IMG/VR virus record: IMGVR_UViG_3300033070_001154
Location: 1 to 64,000 of that record
Source: a virus
Lineage: Duplodnaviria > Caudoviricetes
Reading direction: 5' to 3' (one strand)
Length of the DNA stretch: 64,000 nt
Each line of letters opens with the position of its first letter. Position 1 is the first letter of the stretch. Below the pieces are notes generated by a model. That model saw nothing but the letters and a program-made list of their open reading frames with translations. It was not told where the DNA came from and did not search any database. Positions 52,441 through 60,587 of this stretch are shown piece by piece. A program made the translations under genes and the position numbers.

Positions 52441-54495
52441 CTAGCCGATCCTGACGTTGAACGTGCGCTGGGACTTGCCCGTACGCACCCGGACGATCGC
52501 CGAGTCCTTCTTGGTCGAGCTGAAGCCCAGACCCGCCAGGCCCCCCTCGGTCGGGGCACACTTGGTCTTGTCCCCGACCACCTCCAACACCTTCCTGTGG
52601 GGCTCCAGGCGGGTGTGGAGGAACTCGTTGTAGATGCCCCGCAGGTCCTCGTCGCACCTGGCCCCGTCGAGCACGAAGAAGGTGTGCTTGTTCCCGACGG
52701 CGTTGTTGCCCCAGTAGTTGGGGGACAGGGTGACGGTGTTGACCTTCACGAACTGGCCCGTGGTGAGCCCCCACTTGTCCTGCTTGACGGTGGCGGAAGT
52801 GATCGTCGGGTCACCGGCCTCCACCCTCTCGATGGTCCCGCCCTTCATGTGGAGGGTGCAGACGGTCACGTCGGAGCGGCTCCGCACCACCTTGTTGTAG
52901 GAGAAGTGGGAGAGCTTCCCGCTCGACTCCACCTCGACCACGAAGCCCACGTCGGAGGTCTCCCGCTGGTTGTAGTTGTTGACGACCACCCGGTACGCCC
53001 CGTCAGGCATCCGGGCAGCCCAGACGATGTTCTCGACGGGCTCACGGGTCAGCCCGCCTCCGGCGTTCATGTCCACGTCGAGCACCCCGCCCGACGCACC
53101 ATGCTTGCAGCCGAAGTAGATGCGACCGTGTCCGATGGGCTCGTAGATGTGCAGGTCCAGGTCGTCGTAGTTGGTCCACGACAGGGAGACTCGCAGGACT
53201 GCCCCTTCGACCCGACCGCCGGCCTTCTTCACGCGCTCCCTGATGCTGTCCGTCACGTTGCCGCCGTAGGACCAGGCGAAGTCGTTGTCCCAGCGGAACA
53301 GGTGCTTCGGCTCCGGGTGGACCGGGGCAGTGATCGCCATGAGGTTCCCGATGTGCTCGTTCTTGAAGAGCACCTCCAGGCCCGTGGCGCTGGGGAGCAC
53401 CCTCGTCATGAAGTCGTCCAGGGCGATCTCCTCGGCCTTGCTCTCGTCCACGGTCTCCGGGCTGGTGCTCCGTGCGTGGGACATCAGCACGTCCCCGATG
53501 CCGCCCTTCATCAGGGGCTTGGCCGACCCGTCGACCCAGAGAACGTCCGTGATGGAGATGTCCCTGATCGTGGCGAAGCGCCGCTCCAGGGCCGACTCCA
53601 GATCGAGCTCCTTGATGGTCGCCATGGCCCTCTCGACCATGGCGGGGGTGATCAGCGCGGTGGTGCGCTTGTAGTTCTGGGGGGCCACCTTGCTCTCGTA
53701 GGAGCGCACCGCCCACTCAAGGTCCGTCCCCGACGACAGGTCCGTCACCAGGGTGCCGATCACCGTGTTCTTGAACCGGGCGGCGGGATCCGCCGAGTGT
53801 GCCCAGGCGAAGGTGCGACGCTTCTCCTCGGGCAGCTTGAGGTACGCCCGCTGGGACTTCTGGAACTGCTTGACCGCGGGCCGGTGCTCCTCGCCCCGGT
53901 AGAGGTTGTTGGCGTCGATCAGGCCCATCACCGTGTCCACCGCCTCGGGGGTGAGCTCGATCAGGCCCCGCTCGAACACCTCCACGGTCGTTCGGAAGCT
54001 GCCGCACTCCGTTCCGGGGGAGGAGACCCGGAGGTTGGCGGGGATCTGGCCCGTGTAGAAGTGCTCCCAGGTGAGCACCTTCTTGGTCACGGCGTCCTGC
54101 GACCGGGAGGTCTGGGTGCCGAAGCTCGACTCCTTCGTGGCCACCCGGAAGAGGTCGCTGATGGGCGAGGCCCGCACCTTCTCCCGGAGAGCCGCCGCCA
54201 CCGTGTTGTAGGGCGCGGGGGCGTCCTTGGCCGCGTCGTCCCAGACCGTGTTGATGTGCCCGTCGTCGTTGATGGTCACGACGTTCCCGATCCGCCTGAT
54301 GAAGCTCTTGCACATCCCGCAGTCGTGCTCCGTCCTCTTGGCGAAGATGGGGTTGGTGCCCTCGGGGAAGGCCCCGAGGTACGCCTCGTACAGCTCGTCT
54401 CCCGTCACTCCCGAGACGAGGACGGGGTTGCTCTTGGCGAGCCGCTGGAACGTGTTGGAGACGGCCTGAGCGAACGAATGGAAACCTGGGATCAT
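52441..54495 (-). CDS. Large conserved phage protein with CxxC and YfaP/DUF2135-like beta-sandwich segment
   Basis: EHDCGMCKSFIRRIG near the N-terminus; LRVSLSWTNYDDLDLHIYEP..LDVDMN..PVENI. Start placed at MIPGF. Confidence 0.75.
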   Translation of the reverse strand: MIPGFHSFAQAVSNTFQRLAKSNPVLVSGVTGDELYEAYLGAFPEGTNPIFAKRTEHDCGMCKSFIRRIGNVVTINDDGHINTVWDDAAKDAPAPYNTVAAALREKVRASPISDLFRVATKESSFGTQTSRSQDAVTKKVLTWEHFYTGQIPANLRVSSPGTECGSFRTTVEVFERGLIELTPEAVDTVMGLIDANNLYRGEEHRPAVKQFQKSQRAYLKLPEEKRRTFAWAHSADPAARFKNTVIGTLVTDLSSGTDLEWAVRSYESKVAPQNYKRTTALITPAMVERAMATIKELDLESALERRFATIRDISITDVLWVDGSAKPLMKGGIGDVLMSHARSTSPETVDESKAEEIALDDFMTRVLPSATGLEVLFKNEHIGNLMAITAPVHPEPKHLFRWDNDFAWSYGGNVTDSIRERVKKAGGRVEGAVLRVSLSWTNYDDLDLHIYEPIGHGRIYFGCKHGASGGVLDVDMNAGGGLTREPVENIVWAARMPDGAYRVVVNNYNQRETSDVGFVVEVESSGKLSHFSYNKVVRSRSDVTVCTLHMKGGTIERVEAGDPTITSATVKQDKWGLTTGQFVKVNTVTLSPNYWGNNAVGNKHTFFVLDGARCDEDLRGIYNEFLHTRLEPHRKVLEVVGDKTKCAPTEGGLAGLGFSSTKKDSAIVRVRTGKSQRTFNVRIG

Positions 54496-54522
54496 GGGAT
54501 TACCTCTCTTGTCCATGTACGA

Positions 54523-54551
54523 AAGGCCGGGACGTACCAACGCCCGGCCTT
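54523..54551 (-). terminator. Rho-independent terminator-like hairpin
   Basis: AAGGCCGGG / CCCGGCCTT 9-bp stem; on the minus strand it ends in CCTTTC. Confidence 0.5.
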
Positions 54552-54593
54552 CTGGTGATCTACTTGTGCCCGGTCGCTGGCCGGGATGACCGA

Positions 54594-54944
54594 CTACTTG
54601 GGGTCGCGGGGCTCGTCCCCAGGGAACTTGACGGTCCACTGGAAGAGGGGGTTGATGGGGCTCGTCGACTGGAGCCGGATCAAGAGCTGCTCGGTCTTCC
54701 TGAGCAGCGCCAGCATCTCCTTGTGCTCACTGGTCAGCTTCTCCATGCTCCGGTGGAGCTCGTTTGCCTGGTTGGCGAAGTCCACGGCGGTAGCGTTGGC
54801 CTCGTCGGATTCATCCCGGAGGGCCTTGTTCTCGATCCGGAGGGAGACGAGCTCGTCCTCCAGCTCGTGGATACACTCCCTCACCTTCCGACAGGCGGGG
54901 CAGGCGGCGACACAGTTCCCGTCTTGGGCTGTGAGGTGGATCAT
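54594..54944 (-). CDS. Coiled-coil protein with N-terminal CxxC
   Basis: MIHLTAQDGNCVAACPAC, then heptads; TGATG-coupled. Confidence 0.6.
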   Translation of the reverse strand: MIHLTAQDGNCVAACPACRKVRECIHELEDELVSLRIENKALRDESDEANATAVDFANQANELHRSMEKLTSEHKEMLALLRKTEQLLIRLQSTSPINPLFQWTVKFPGDEPRDPK

Positions 54945-55132
54945 CACTCTTCTCCTGCAAGCGTCCTGAGGATCTGGAGCACCCTCCGAATCCTGATCCG
55001 GTCCGACATGGGCAGCTCCCTCGGAAGGCAGTGGCACGGCCCATTGGTGCCCTGTCCCCTCGGCTTCGCCACCACGCAACTATGGCTGCTACAGCCCAGC
55101 ACTGTGAGTTCTTCTCGTAGGCTATCGTTCAT
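54944..55132 (-). CDS. Small Cys/His-rich protein
   Basis: GCSSHSCVV...GPCHC; 62 aa. Confidence 0.55.
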   Translation of the reverse strand: MNDSLREELTVLGCSSHSCVVAKPRGQGTNGPCHCLPRELPMSDRIRIRRVLQILRTLAGEE

Positions 55133-55191
55133 CGTCGCTTCCTGAGGAGCACAACCAGACCGAACCAGAGCAGGGACCAGATCAGGCCCAT
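55129..55191 (-). CDS. 20-aa membrane microprotein
   Basis: MGLIWSLLWFGLVVLLRKRR; TGATG overlap upstream and ATGA overlap downstream. Confidence 0.6.
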   Translation of the reverse strand: MGLIWSLLWFGLVVLLRKRR

Positions 55192-55358
55192 CAGTCTTTC
55201 TTCCCAGGACATTCCTGCTCCGCTAGCCCGCGCACTTCATCGGTCTGGATGCGGTAGGCCCAGAAGAATGCCAGGCAGTGCTTGCACCGGATGCGGGTAG
55301 GAAGGGAGGAGCCGCCGTGCAGCTCGACCCCGATCTTGAGCTCCCACTCGTGCTTCAT
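55191..55358 (-). CDS. Small Zn-finger-like protein
   Basis: MKHEW...RCKHC...EC; GGAGG RBS. Confidence 0.5.
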   Translation of the reverse strand: MKHEWELKIGVELHGGSSLPTRIRCKHCLAFFWAYRIQTDEVRGLAEQECPGKKD

Positions 55359-55360
55359 TG

Positions 55361-56722
55361 CTAGTCCTCCGAAAGGGCCGCGTACCCGAACTTCAGGTAC
55401 GCGGCGTTCCTGCCCTCGGAGTGCCTTTCGAGCCAGATACAGCTCTTGTGGGCCCCTCCGCATCCACAGCCTCGATCGTCGATGTCGTAGACCCGGAACT
55501 CGTCCTTGGTGGAGCCGTCCGCCTGGAATCTCCGGCTACCACGTCCAACCTTCTGGATCACGTCGATGGTTGCCTTCCCTCCGGCCCCGTTGATCACCGT
55601 GTTGACCTCAGGGATGTCCACGCCCTGCCTGAAGATCGGGGTGGAGATCAGCGTCCCCACAGACCCCGCCTTGAAGGCCTCCAGGATGCTCTTGACCTGC
55701 TTCGAGGGCGTCTCGTCGTTCACCGTCAGGCAGTCCACCCCCAGCAGCTTCGCCAGGACGGCCTGGTGCTCCTTGGTCCGGACGAACACGATCCTCGGGG
55801 ACTCGGAGGAGCAGACCAGACGTGCCAGCAGCAGGTTCCTGGCCTTGTTCCTGACGATGGCCCTGCGCTCCCACTGATCGTACCGACCGTTGGCCGGGTG
55901 GCAGGGATGCTGGAGCGGAACCATCCTCAATCTGCACCGGGCCACGATCCCGCGGTCCACTGCCTTTGCAGGAGTGAAACGGTGGATCACCTCCCCGAGG
56001 ACCCCCACGATGTACAGGCTCTTCTTGTCCGCCCTCTCCATCGGGGTCCCCGAGAACCCCAGTCGTATGGCCGCATTCACGCACCGCATCAGCGGCTCCA
56101 GAAGCGTAGGGCTCGGAACCCCATGACACTCATCAACCAGGACAGCTACGAAGCCCTCCAGGTCGTGCTTCTTCAGGGTCTTCAGGCTGGCGGCGATGCA
56201 CACCACCACCCGAGGGCCCAGATCCCTCCGGCCATCCCCAACCCGTCCCGCCTTGATCCCGTGCTTCGCCAGCCGATCACACATCTCGATCAGGAGCTGC
56301 TTGGAAGGCACCACCACCAGGACACGCCCGATGATGTGCTTGCAGAGCACGGAGATGGTCGTGCCCTTGCCCGTGCCCGTCGCGTGCTGGATCACTCCCC
56401 GGTACCGACCCTGGAGAACCTCCATGATCGCATCACGCTGGTGCGGCCAGCAGACAGACAGGTCCACCTTCTCGGGCGGAACGATCACCCCCGGCAAAGC
56501 CCTCAGGATCCTCTGTGCTGGCGTCCCCCTCTCCCGAAGGGTGCGAACCACCATGTCCGAGAGACCTGCCGGGAAGAGCCCGTCAGGGGTCAGCAACGAG
56601 GCGCTGGTACCCTCCCCGGTGTGACGGCGGGAGGTGAAGGTCAGATAGGTACGGAGGAAGTCCAGCTCCTCGGGGGAGGCGTCCTTGACCCTGGCCCAGG
56701 CGTACCCGACCTGGATCAGCAC
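55361..56722 (-). CDS. Superfamily 2 DNA helicase (UvsW/ResIII-like)
   Basis: HATGTGKG (I), VDECH (II), FSGTP (III), FRQGVDIP (V), IQKVGRGSR (VI); GTG start estimated. Confidence 0.88.
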   Translation of the reverse strand: MLIQVGYAWARVKDASPEELDFLRTYLTFTSRRHTGEGTSASLLTPDGLFPAGLSDMVVRTLRERGTPAQRILRALPGVIVPPEKVDLSVCWPHQRDAIMEVLQGRYRGVIQHATGTGKGTTISVLCKHIIGRVLVVVPSKQLLIEMCDRLAKHGIKAGRVGDGRRDLGPRVVVCIAASLKTLKKHDLEGFVAVLVDECHGVPSPTLLEPLMRCVNAAIRLGFSGTPMERADKKSLYIVGVLGEVIHRFTPAKAVDRGIVARCRLRMVPLQHPCHPANGRYDQWERRAIVRNKARNLLLARLVCSSESPRIVFVRTKEHQAVLAKLLGVDCLTVNDETPSKQVKSILEAFKAGSVGTLISTPIFRQGVDIPEVNTVINGAGGKATIDVIQKVGRGSRRFQADGSTKDEFRVYDIDDRGCGCGGAHKSCIWLERHSEGRNAAYLKFGYAALSED

Positions 56723-57063
56723 CCCATCATCTCCGCGGTCAGACGGGCAGCCATTGCTTGGAACTGCTCCTCGTTGATCAGGCCGACTTTCCTGGCCCAG
56801 CGTAGACAGGCCCCCGGGTCCACTGTGGTCAGCCGATCGCCGGTTCCGTAACTCACCCACCTGGTCCCAGGAACAGGTAGCTTCATCCAGGCCCCCAATC
56901 TCCTGAAGTGTCTGAAGGTCATACGGATGTAGGACCGGAAGAAGTATTGATCCCCTTGAGCGTTCTGTAATACCAGATCTGTGACGAACTCCATGGGGGA
57001 GTAGTCAAGCCACAGCCTCTGGATCTTGGCGTTTGCCAGGGTGCGATTACGCCGAGGCCTCAT
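56716..57063 (-). CDS. Small protein, C-terminal motif family member
   Basis: Ends CLRWARKVGLINEEQFQAMAARLTAEMMGC. Confidence 0.65.
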   Translation of the reverse strand: MRPRRNRTLANAKIQRLWLDYSPMEFVTDLVLQNAQGDQYFFRSYIRMTFRHFRRLGAWMKLPVPGTRWVSYGTGDRLTTVDPGACLRWARKVGLINEEQFQAMAARLTAEMMGC

Positions 57064-57313
57064 AGCGGCCCGTCTCCTTGTTGTAGGTGCGATTGGCCAG
57101 TTTGAACTCCACCACGTCATCCCCGAAGTAGCGCCTGAGGGCGGAGAGGTGGACGTAGTTCCGGCCCTCGAACATGACGAAGGTGAGCGTCCCGTCCTTC
57201 TTGCGGTTGAAGAGGGTCCTGCGGCTCACACCGAACACTTCGATCACGTCGTCCATGGCCATGTACTCGGGGCCCCAGGCCTTGATGTTGGGCCCGTGCT
57301 TGCTGTCACTCAT
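57047..57313 (-). CDS. Excisionase-like HTH DNA-binding protein
   Basis: YMAMDDVIEVFGVSRRTLFNRKKDGTL...GRNYV; ATGA-coupled to the sigma gene. Confidence 0.7.
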   Translation of the reverse strand: MSDSKHGPNIKAWGPEYMAMDDVIEVFGVSRRTLFNRKKDGTLTFVMFEGRNYVHLSALRRYFGDDVVEFKLANRTYNKETGRYEASA

Positions 57314-57852
57314 CGTCTCTTCCTTAGCTCTCCGACCACCCAGCTCCTGGCAGCCCGAAAGTCCGTCTCGCTCATCCCGAGCAGATCCGAAGCCTCCGAG
57401 GTCGTCACCGCCCCCACCAGAGACGCTGCCAGGACCCTCGCACCTTCCGGTCCCGCCAGCTCCTCCATGTGGACAAGCAACTCCCTGCATTCTGTTGCAC
57501 ACTCTTGCCACAGTGTCGAGCGCCCATCGCTCTGGATGTCTTCGTATTCGACCGCATGCACCGATTCACCGAGCTCGTAGGCGTCCCTGTGGACCTTGAG
57601 GGGTGTGCCCAGCTTGAGCAGCTCCCGGAGCATGGCGTACCGAACCGGGGTGTAGAGGTGCGTGATCCACTGGGAGCGGGATTCGTCATACCGCTCGTGC
57701 GCCTGGATGGCAGCCAGGAGGCCGGCCTGTCGCAGGTCCCACAGCTCCACCCCCCGACGGCGAGCGTGCTTGGAGAACTTCTTGGCGAACTTCTCCACTG
57801 CATCCTGGGCAACGGATAGCTGCTCAGGGGAAGGACGCTTCGTTGGCGGCAT
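57310..57852 (-). CDS. Phage RNA polymerase sigma-70-family factor
   Basis: Region 2 DLRQAGLLAAIQAHERYDESR.QW.T.LY..VR; region-4-like TTSEASDLLGMS. Confidence 0.75.
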   Translation of the reverse strand: MPPTKRPSPEQLSVAQDAVEKFAKKFSKHARRRGVELWDLRQAGLLAAIQAHERYDESRSQWITHLYTPVRYAMLRELLKLGTPLKVHRDAYELGESVHAVEYEDIQSDGRSTLWQECATECRELLVHMEELAGPEGARVLAASLVGAVTTSEASDLLGMSETDFRAARSWVVGELRKRR

Positions 57853-57861
57853 GGTATCTCC

Positions 57862-58191
57862 CTAATCACCCATCAGACGGAGTGTGAGCTTCGCCAGAGC
57901 GAGCTCCTTCATCTCGGGCGAGATGGTCCCGTGTGCGACCAGCCAGTCCAGAAGGACGAGCTGGTCCACCCCGAAGATGCATTCGACATTGCCGAATCGC
58001 TTGGGGGTCGCAAAGGGCTGATCCAATAGCTCCAGCGGGAACGCTATCCCGTCGTCGCCACAGACAGTCCACGAATCCCGATACGCACTTGTGGCCAGGC
58101 CGGGAGTGCTCTCCGTGTAGCTCTCCTCCGTCTCTGCCAGGAAGCGACAGAGCGTACAGACCTCGTTGAGCGCCTGATTCTTGGTGGCCAT
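57862..58191 (-). CDS. Small protein, C-terminal motif family member
   Basis: Ends LLDWLVAHGTISPEMKELALAKLTLRLMGD. Confidence 0.7.
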   Translation of the reverse strand: MATKNQALNEVCTLCRFLAETEESYTESTPGLATSAYRDSWTVCGDDGIAFPLELLDQPFATPKRFGNVECIFGVDQLVLLDWLVAHGTISPEMKELALAKLTLRLMGD

Positions 58192-58192
58192 G

Positions 58193-58522
58193 TCACCCGT
58201 CCTCCATCAGCTCCAGGGTTCTCCGCGCTCGTAGGCTGTCTCGCTCCCCCATTCCGATGGCCCCGATGGAGTGAAACCAGTCCAGGGCTTCGTCGAAGTC
58301 CACCCCGTAGTACGATTCTAGCCCAGAGTACTGGCAGATGCGCGGGACCATGAATGGCTGCGAGCGCAGCTCGTGCAGGTCAATACGCATCCCGGCGAAG
58401 CGGAGGGACGCACACCACTCTGGCATGGCGGATACGAGCACTCCCGCGTAGTCGCTGTCTGCGCTCCGCTCTGGCTCAGTAAGGAAGCTCAGGAACCTGT
58501 AGATGCGCTCCGGACCCGTCAC
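58193..58522 (-). CDS. Small protein, C-terminal motif family member
   Basis: GTGA-coupled; ends ALDWFHSIGAIGMGERDSLRARRTLELMEDG. Confidence 0.7.
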   Translation of the reverse strand: MTGPERIYRFLSFLTEPERSADSDYAGVLVSAMPEWCASLRFAGMRIDLHELRSQPFMVPRICQYSGLESYYGVDFDEALDWFHSIGAIGMGERDSLRARRTLELMEDG

Positions 58523-58713
58523 ACATCCTCCAACAGCCCCAGGGTCAGCTCGGCCTGGAACCACTTGTAGAGCTGTGACCGCATCCAGTTGTAGTTGGCG
58601 CCCTTGGGGTCGAGCATCCTCTTCACGGCGTTACAGACCGCGTTCCGCTTGAGCCGCTCTTGCATGGCGATCCTCTTTCGATCCTGGGAGCGGACCAGCA
58701 GGGCCGGTTTCAT
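58519..58713 (-). CDS. Small protein with the short form of the C-terminal motif
   Basis: Ends YKWFQAELTLGLLEDV. Confidence 0.6.
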   Translation of the reverse strand: MKPALLVRSQDRKRIAMQERLKRNAVCNAVKRMLDPKGANYNWMRSQLYKWFQAELTLGLLEDV

Positions 58714-59037
58714 TCATCCCTCCACACAGGACAGGAGCACTGCGGCGTTGAACCAGAGCACCTCCTCTTCGCTCATCCTGAGAGCGTTGATGAGGAAGTC
58801 AGCCCAGGCTCCGGTGTCCTTGGCATAGATGTAGGTGGTACTCCTGATCGTGTCTCGGGCGAAGAGATCGCTCTCCCACCAGAGCCTGGGCATTCCCAGT
58901 TCGTAACAGGCTGCCCATGCTGTGCCGTTCTCGCTCAGGGAGCATCTACCCCCTGGGCGGGCCTCCGGACCCTGGACGACTTCGTAGAGATTGAGCACCT
59001 CCCGTTTCCAGGCGGTGCTCATCCTGTCGAGTCGCAC
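58714..59037 (-). CDS. Small protein, C-terminal motif family member
   Basis: Ends WADFLINALRMSEEEVLWFNAAVLLSCVEG. Confidence 0.65.
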   Translation of the reverse strand: MRLDRMSTAWKREVLNLYEVVQGPEARPGGRCSLSENGTAWAACYELGMPRLWWESDLFARDTIRSTTYIYAKDTGAWADFLINALRMSEEEVLWFNAAVLLSCVEG

Positions 59038-59038
59038 G

Positions 59039-59959
59039 TCAGCCCTCGATGGCTCCGGAGGCGAGGGCGGCGAAGCCGATCTGGAGTCCGGAGAGGGACT
59101 GGCGAAGCTCCCCGAGCTTGGTGTCGAAGATGGCCTCGTAGCGCTCCACCACCTCGCACTGGTGGGTGATGATCTTCATCCGGGCGTCCAGGACCCGACC
59201 CTGGATGGTGCGCTTCTTGGGGTCCGGGTCGGACTTGATGGCCTTGTACTTCTGGAGGTCCTCCTTGAGCTCCTCCATGGCCGTCTCGGTGTACTTCTTC
59301 ACCGACTCCAGGACGCACTCCATGGCCTGTTCCGACCTCATGGCGGGGATCTCGTACAACCTGGCCCCGTAGGGGTGGAGCACCTCGCGCAGGACCCGCC
59401 AGGTCTTCACCTCCTCCGGGCCGATGAAGTAGGTCCCCGCCCCGCCGATGGTGGGCACGCCCTTGAGCATCGTCTTCACGAAGCCCACGAGCCAGTTGCT
59501 GACCTCCGTCCCGCCGAGGGTGGCCAGGGCCGCGGGGTAGAGCACCTCCACGTCGTCCCTGGAGTTCTGCGGGGCCGACTCGGAGAAGAACAGGCTGGTC
59601 TCCCCGCTCGTCCCGTCCTTGTCCAGGCCGCAGGCCCAGGATTCCACGAAGGCCACCTTCTTGGTCGCGCTCTCCTCCTTCGGGAGCACACCGTAGGCGG
59701 GCATCTTCGACCTGTTGGGGTTGGGCACCGGCTTCACCAGCTGGTCCCTCTTCTGGAAGAGCGAGGTCATCACCCGCAGGAGCGCCGCCGCCGGGGTGGC
59801 CGGCTCCGGGAGCATGGTGATGCCCGCAGCGGTCAGCTTCTGGCAGAGCTCGTTGTGGTCGATCTCCTCCCCCAGCTTCCAGGACACCGAAGCCCCGGCA
59901 ATGCCGCTCTTGAGCATGTCATCCGACACCTGGATCAGCCCGATCGTCTCGTTCTTCAT
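59039..59959 (-). CDS. 306-aa hypothetical with C-terminal coiled coil, linked to the AAA+/VWA genes
   Basis: Near-complete GC3; GAGAGGG RBS. GA.VSW.L...L..AG...LP.P.TP..AL.R pattern is recalled from genes linked to AAA/VWA modules (unverified). Confidence 0.75.
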   Translation of the reverse strand: MKNETIGLIQVSDDMLKSGIAGASVSWKLGEEIDHNELCQKLTAAGITMLPEPATPAAALLRVMTSLFQKRDQLVKPVPNPNRSKMPAYGVLPKEESATKKVAFVESWACGLDKDGTSGETSLFFSESAPQNSRDDVEVLYPAALATLGGTEVSNWLVGFVKTMLKGVPTIGGAGTYFIGPEEVKTWRVLREVLHPYGARLYEIPAMRSEQAMECVLESVKKYTETAMEELKEDLQKYKAIKSDPDPKKRTIQGRVLDARMKIITHQCEVVERYEAIFDTKLGELRQSLSGLQIGFAALASGAIEG

Positions 59960-59971
59960 CGTTGTACCCTC

Positions 59972-60250
59972 TCATCCTTCCATCAGGGCCAGAGCGTCCT
60001 TCGCATCCAGCCACATCCGTTGTTCCTCGGAGAGAATCCCGTGCTCCACCAACCAACCGAGCAGGGCATCCCGATCTTCCGACCACATCCTGTTGGTCCG
60101 GGTCGTACTCATCCAGGGCTGCTTCAGGATGTTGCGCCTGTAGGGCTCCAGACTTCCCCACCGCGTCCCAGGGTTGGCACCGCGGTTGTACCTAGCCTCG
60201 GGGCCTTCCATGAGCCAAATCAGGATCTTCTCACCCCATTCGTCGATCAT
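59972..60250 (-). CDS. Small protein, C-terminal motif family member
   Basis: Ends LLGWLVEHGILSEEQRMWLDAKDALALMEG. Confidence 0.7.
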   Translation of the reverse strand: MIDEWGEKILIWLMEGPEARYNRGANPGTRWGSLEPYRRNILKQPWMSTTRTNRMWSEDRDALLGWLVEHGILSEEQRMWLDAKDALALMEG

Positions 60251-60534
60251 CCGACCGTCCCCATGAGCAGGGTGGCGTTCACCATGTTCCAGTCGTCCTC
60301 GGTGAGCCCACCCTGCTCCCTCACCAGCCGCTCCAGAGCAGCTAAGTCTTCGATCATCAGGATGCAGCTCCTGCCGCCGTCGTCCCTGTGACCCCAGGTA
60401 CCCTCAGGGTACACACCCTGTGGTAGCCCGAGGTCCTTGAACACTAGTTCGCAGTACCGCTGGGAAGCTCTCCCGACAGTCGGGAGTTCGAGCGTCTCCA
60501 GGAAGTCCAGGTACGACTGCGCTCTGGTCTTCAT
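60247..60534 (-). CDS. Small protein, C-terminal motif family member
   Basis: MKTRAQ...; ends LERLVREQGGLTEDDWNMVNATLLMGTVG. Confidence 0.65.
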   Translation of the reverse strand: MKTRAQSYLDFLETLELPTVGRASQRYCELVFKDLGLPQGVYPEGTWGHRDDGGRSCILMIEDLAALERLVREQGGLTEDDWNMVNATLLMGTVG

Positions 60535-60587
60535 CAGGGCTCCATGAGCTTGAGCGCCAAGCTCGCGGCTTTGCTGGTCCCCGTCAG
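60534..60587 (-). other. Out-of-frame 17-codon extension of the VWA gene ending in the family motif
   Basis: The -1 frame after TCC CCC TGA reads LTGTSKAASLALKLMEP-stop; that stop is TGATG-coupled to the next ATG. Confidence 0.55.

Noticed and set aside
57862-60250. Explaining the shared C-termini purely as Shine-Dalgarno sequence (ATG GAG/GAA GGA) for the next gene
   Set aside because: It may account for the last M-E/G residues, but not for the conserved W, G, S-EE, A and L positions up to 24 codons upstream. Kept as a caveat only.
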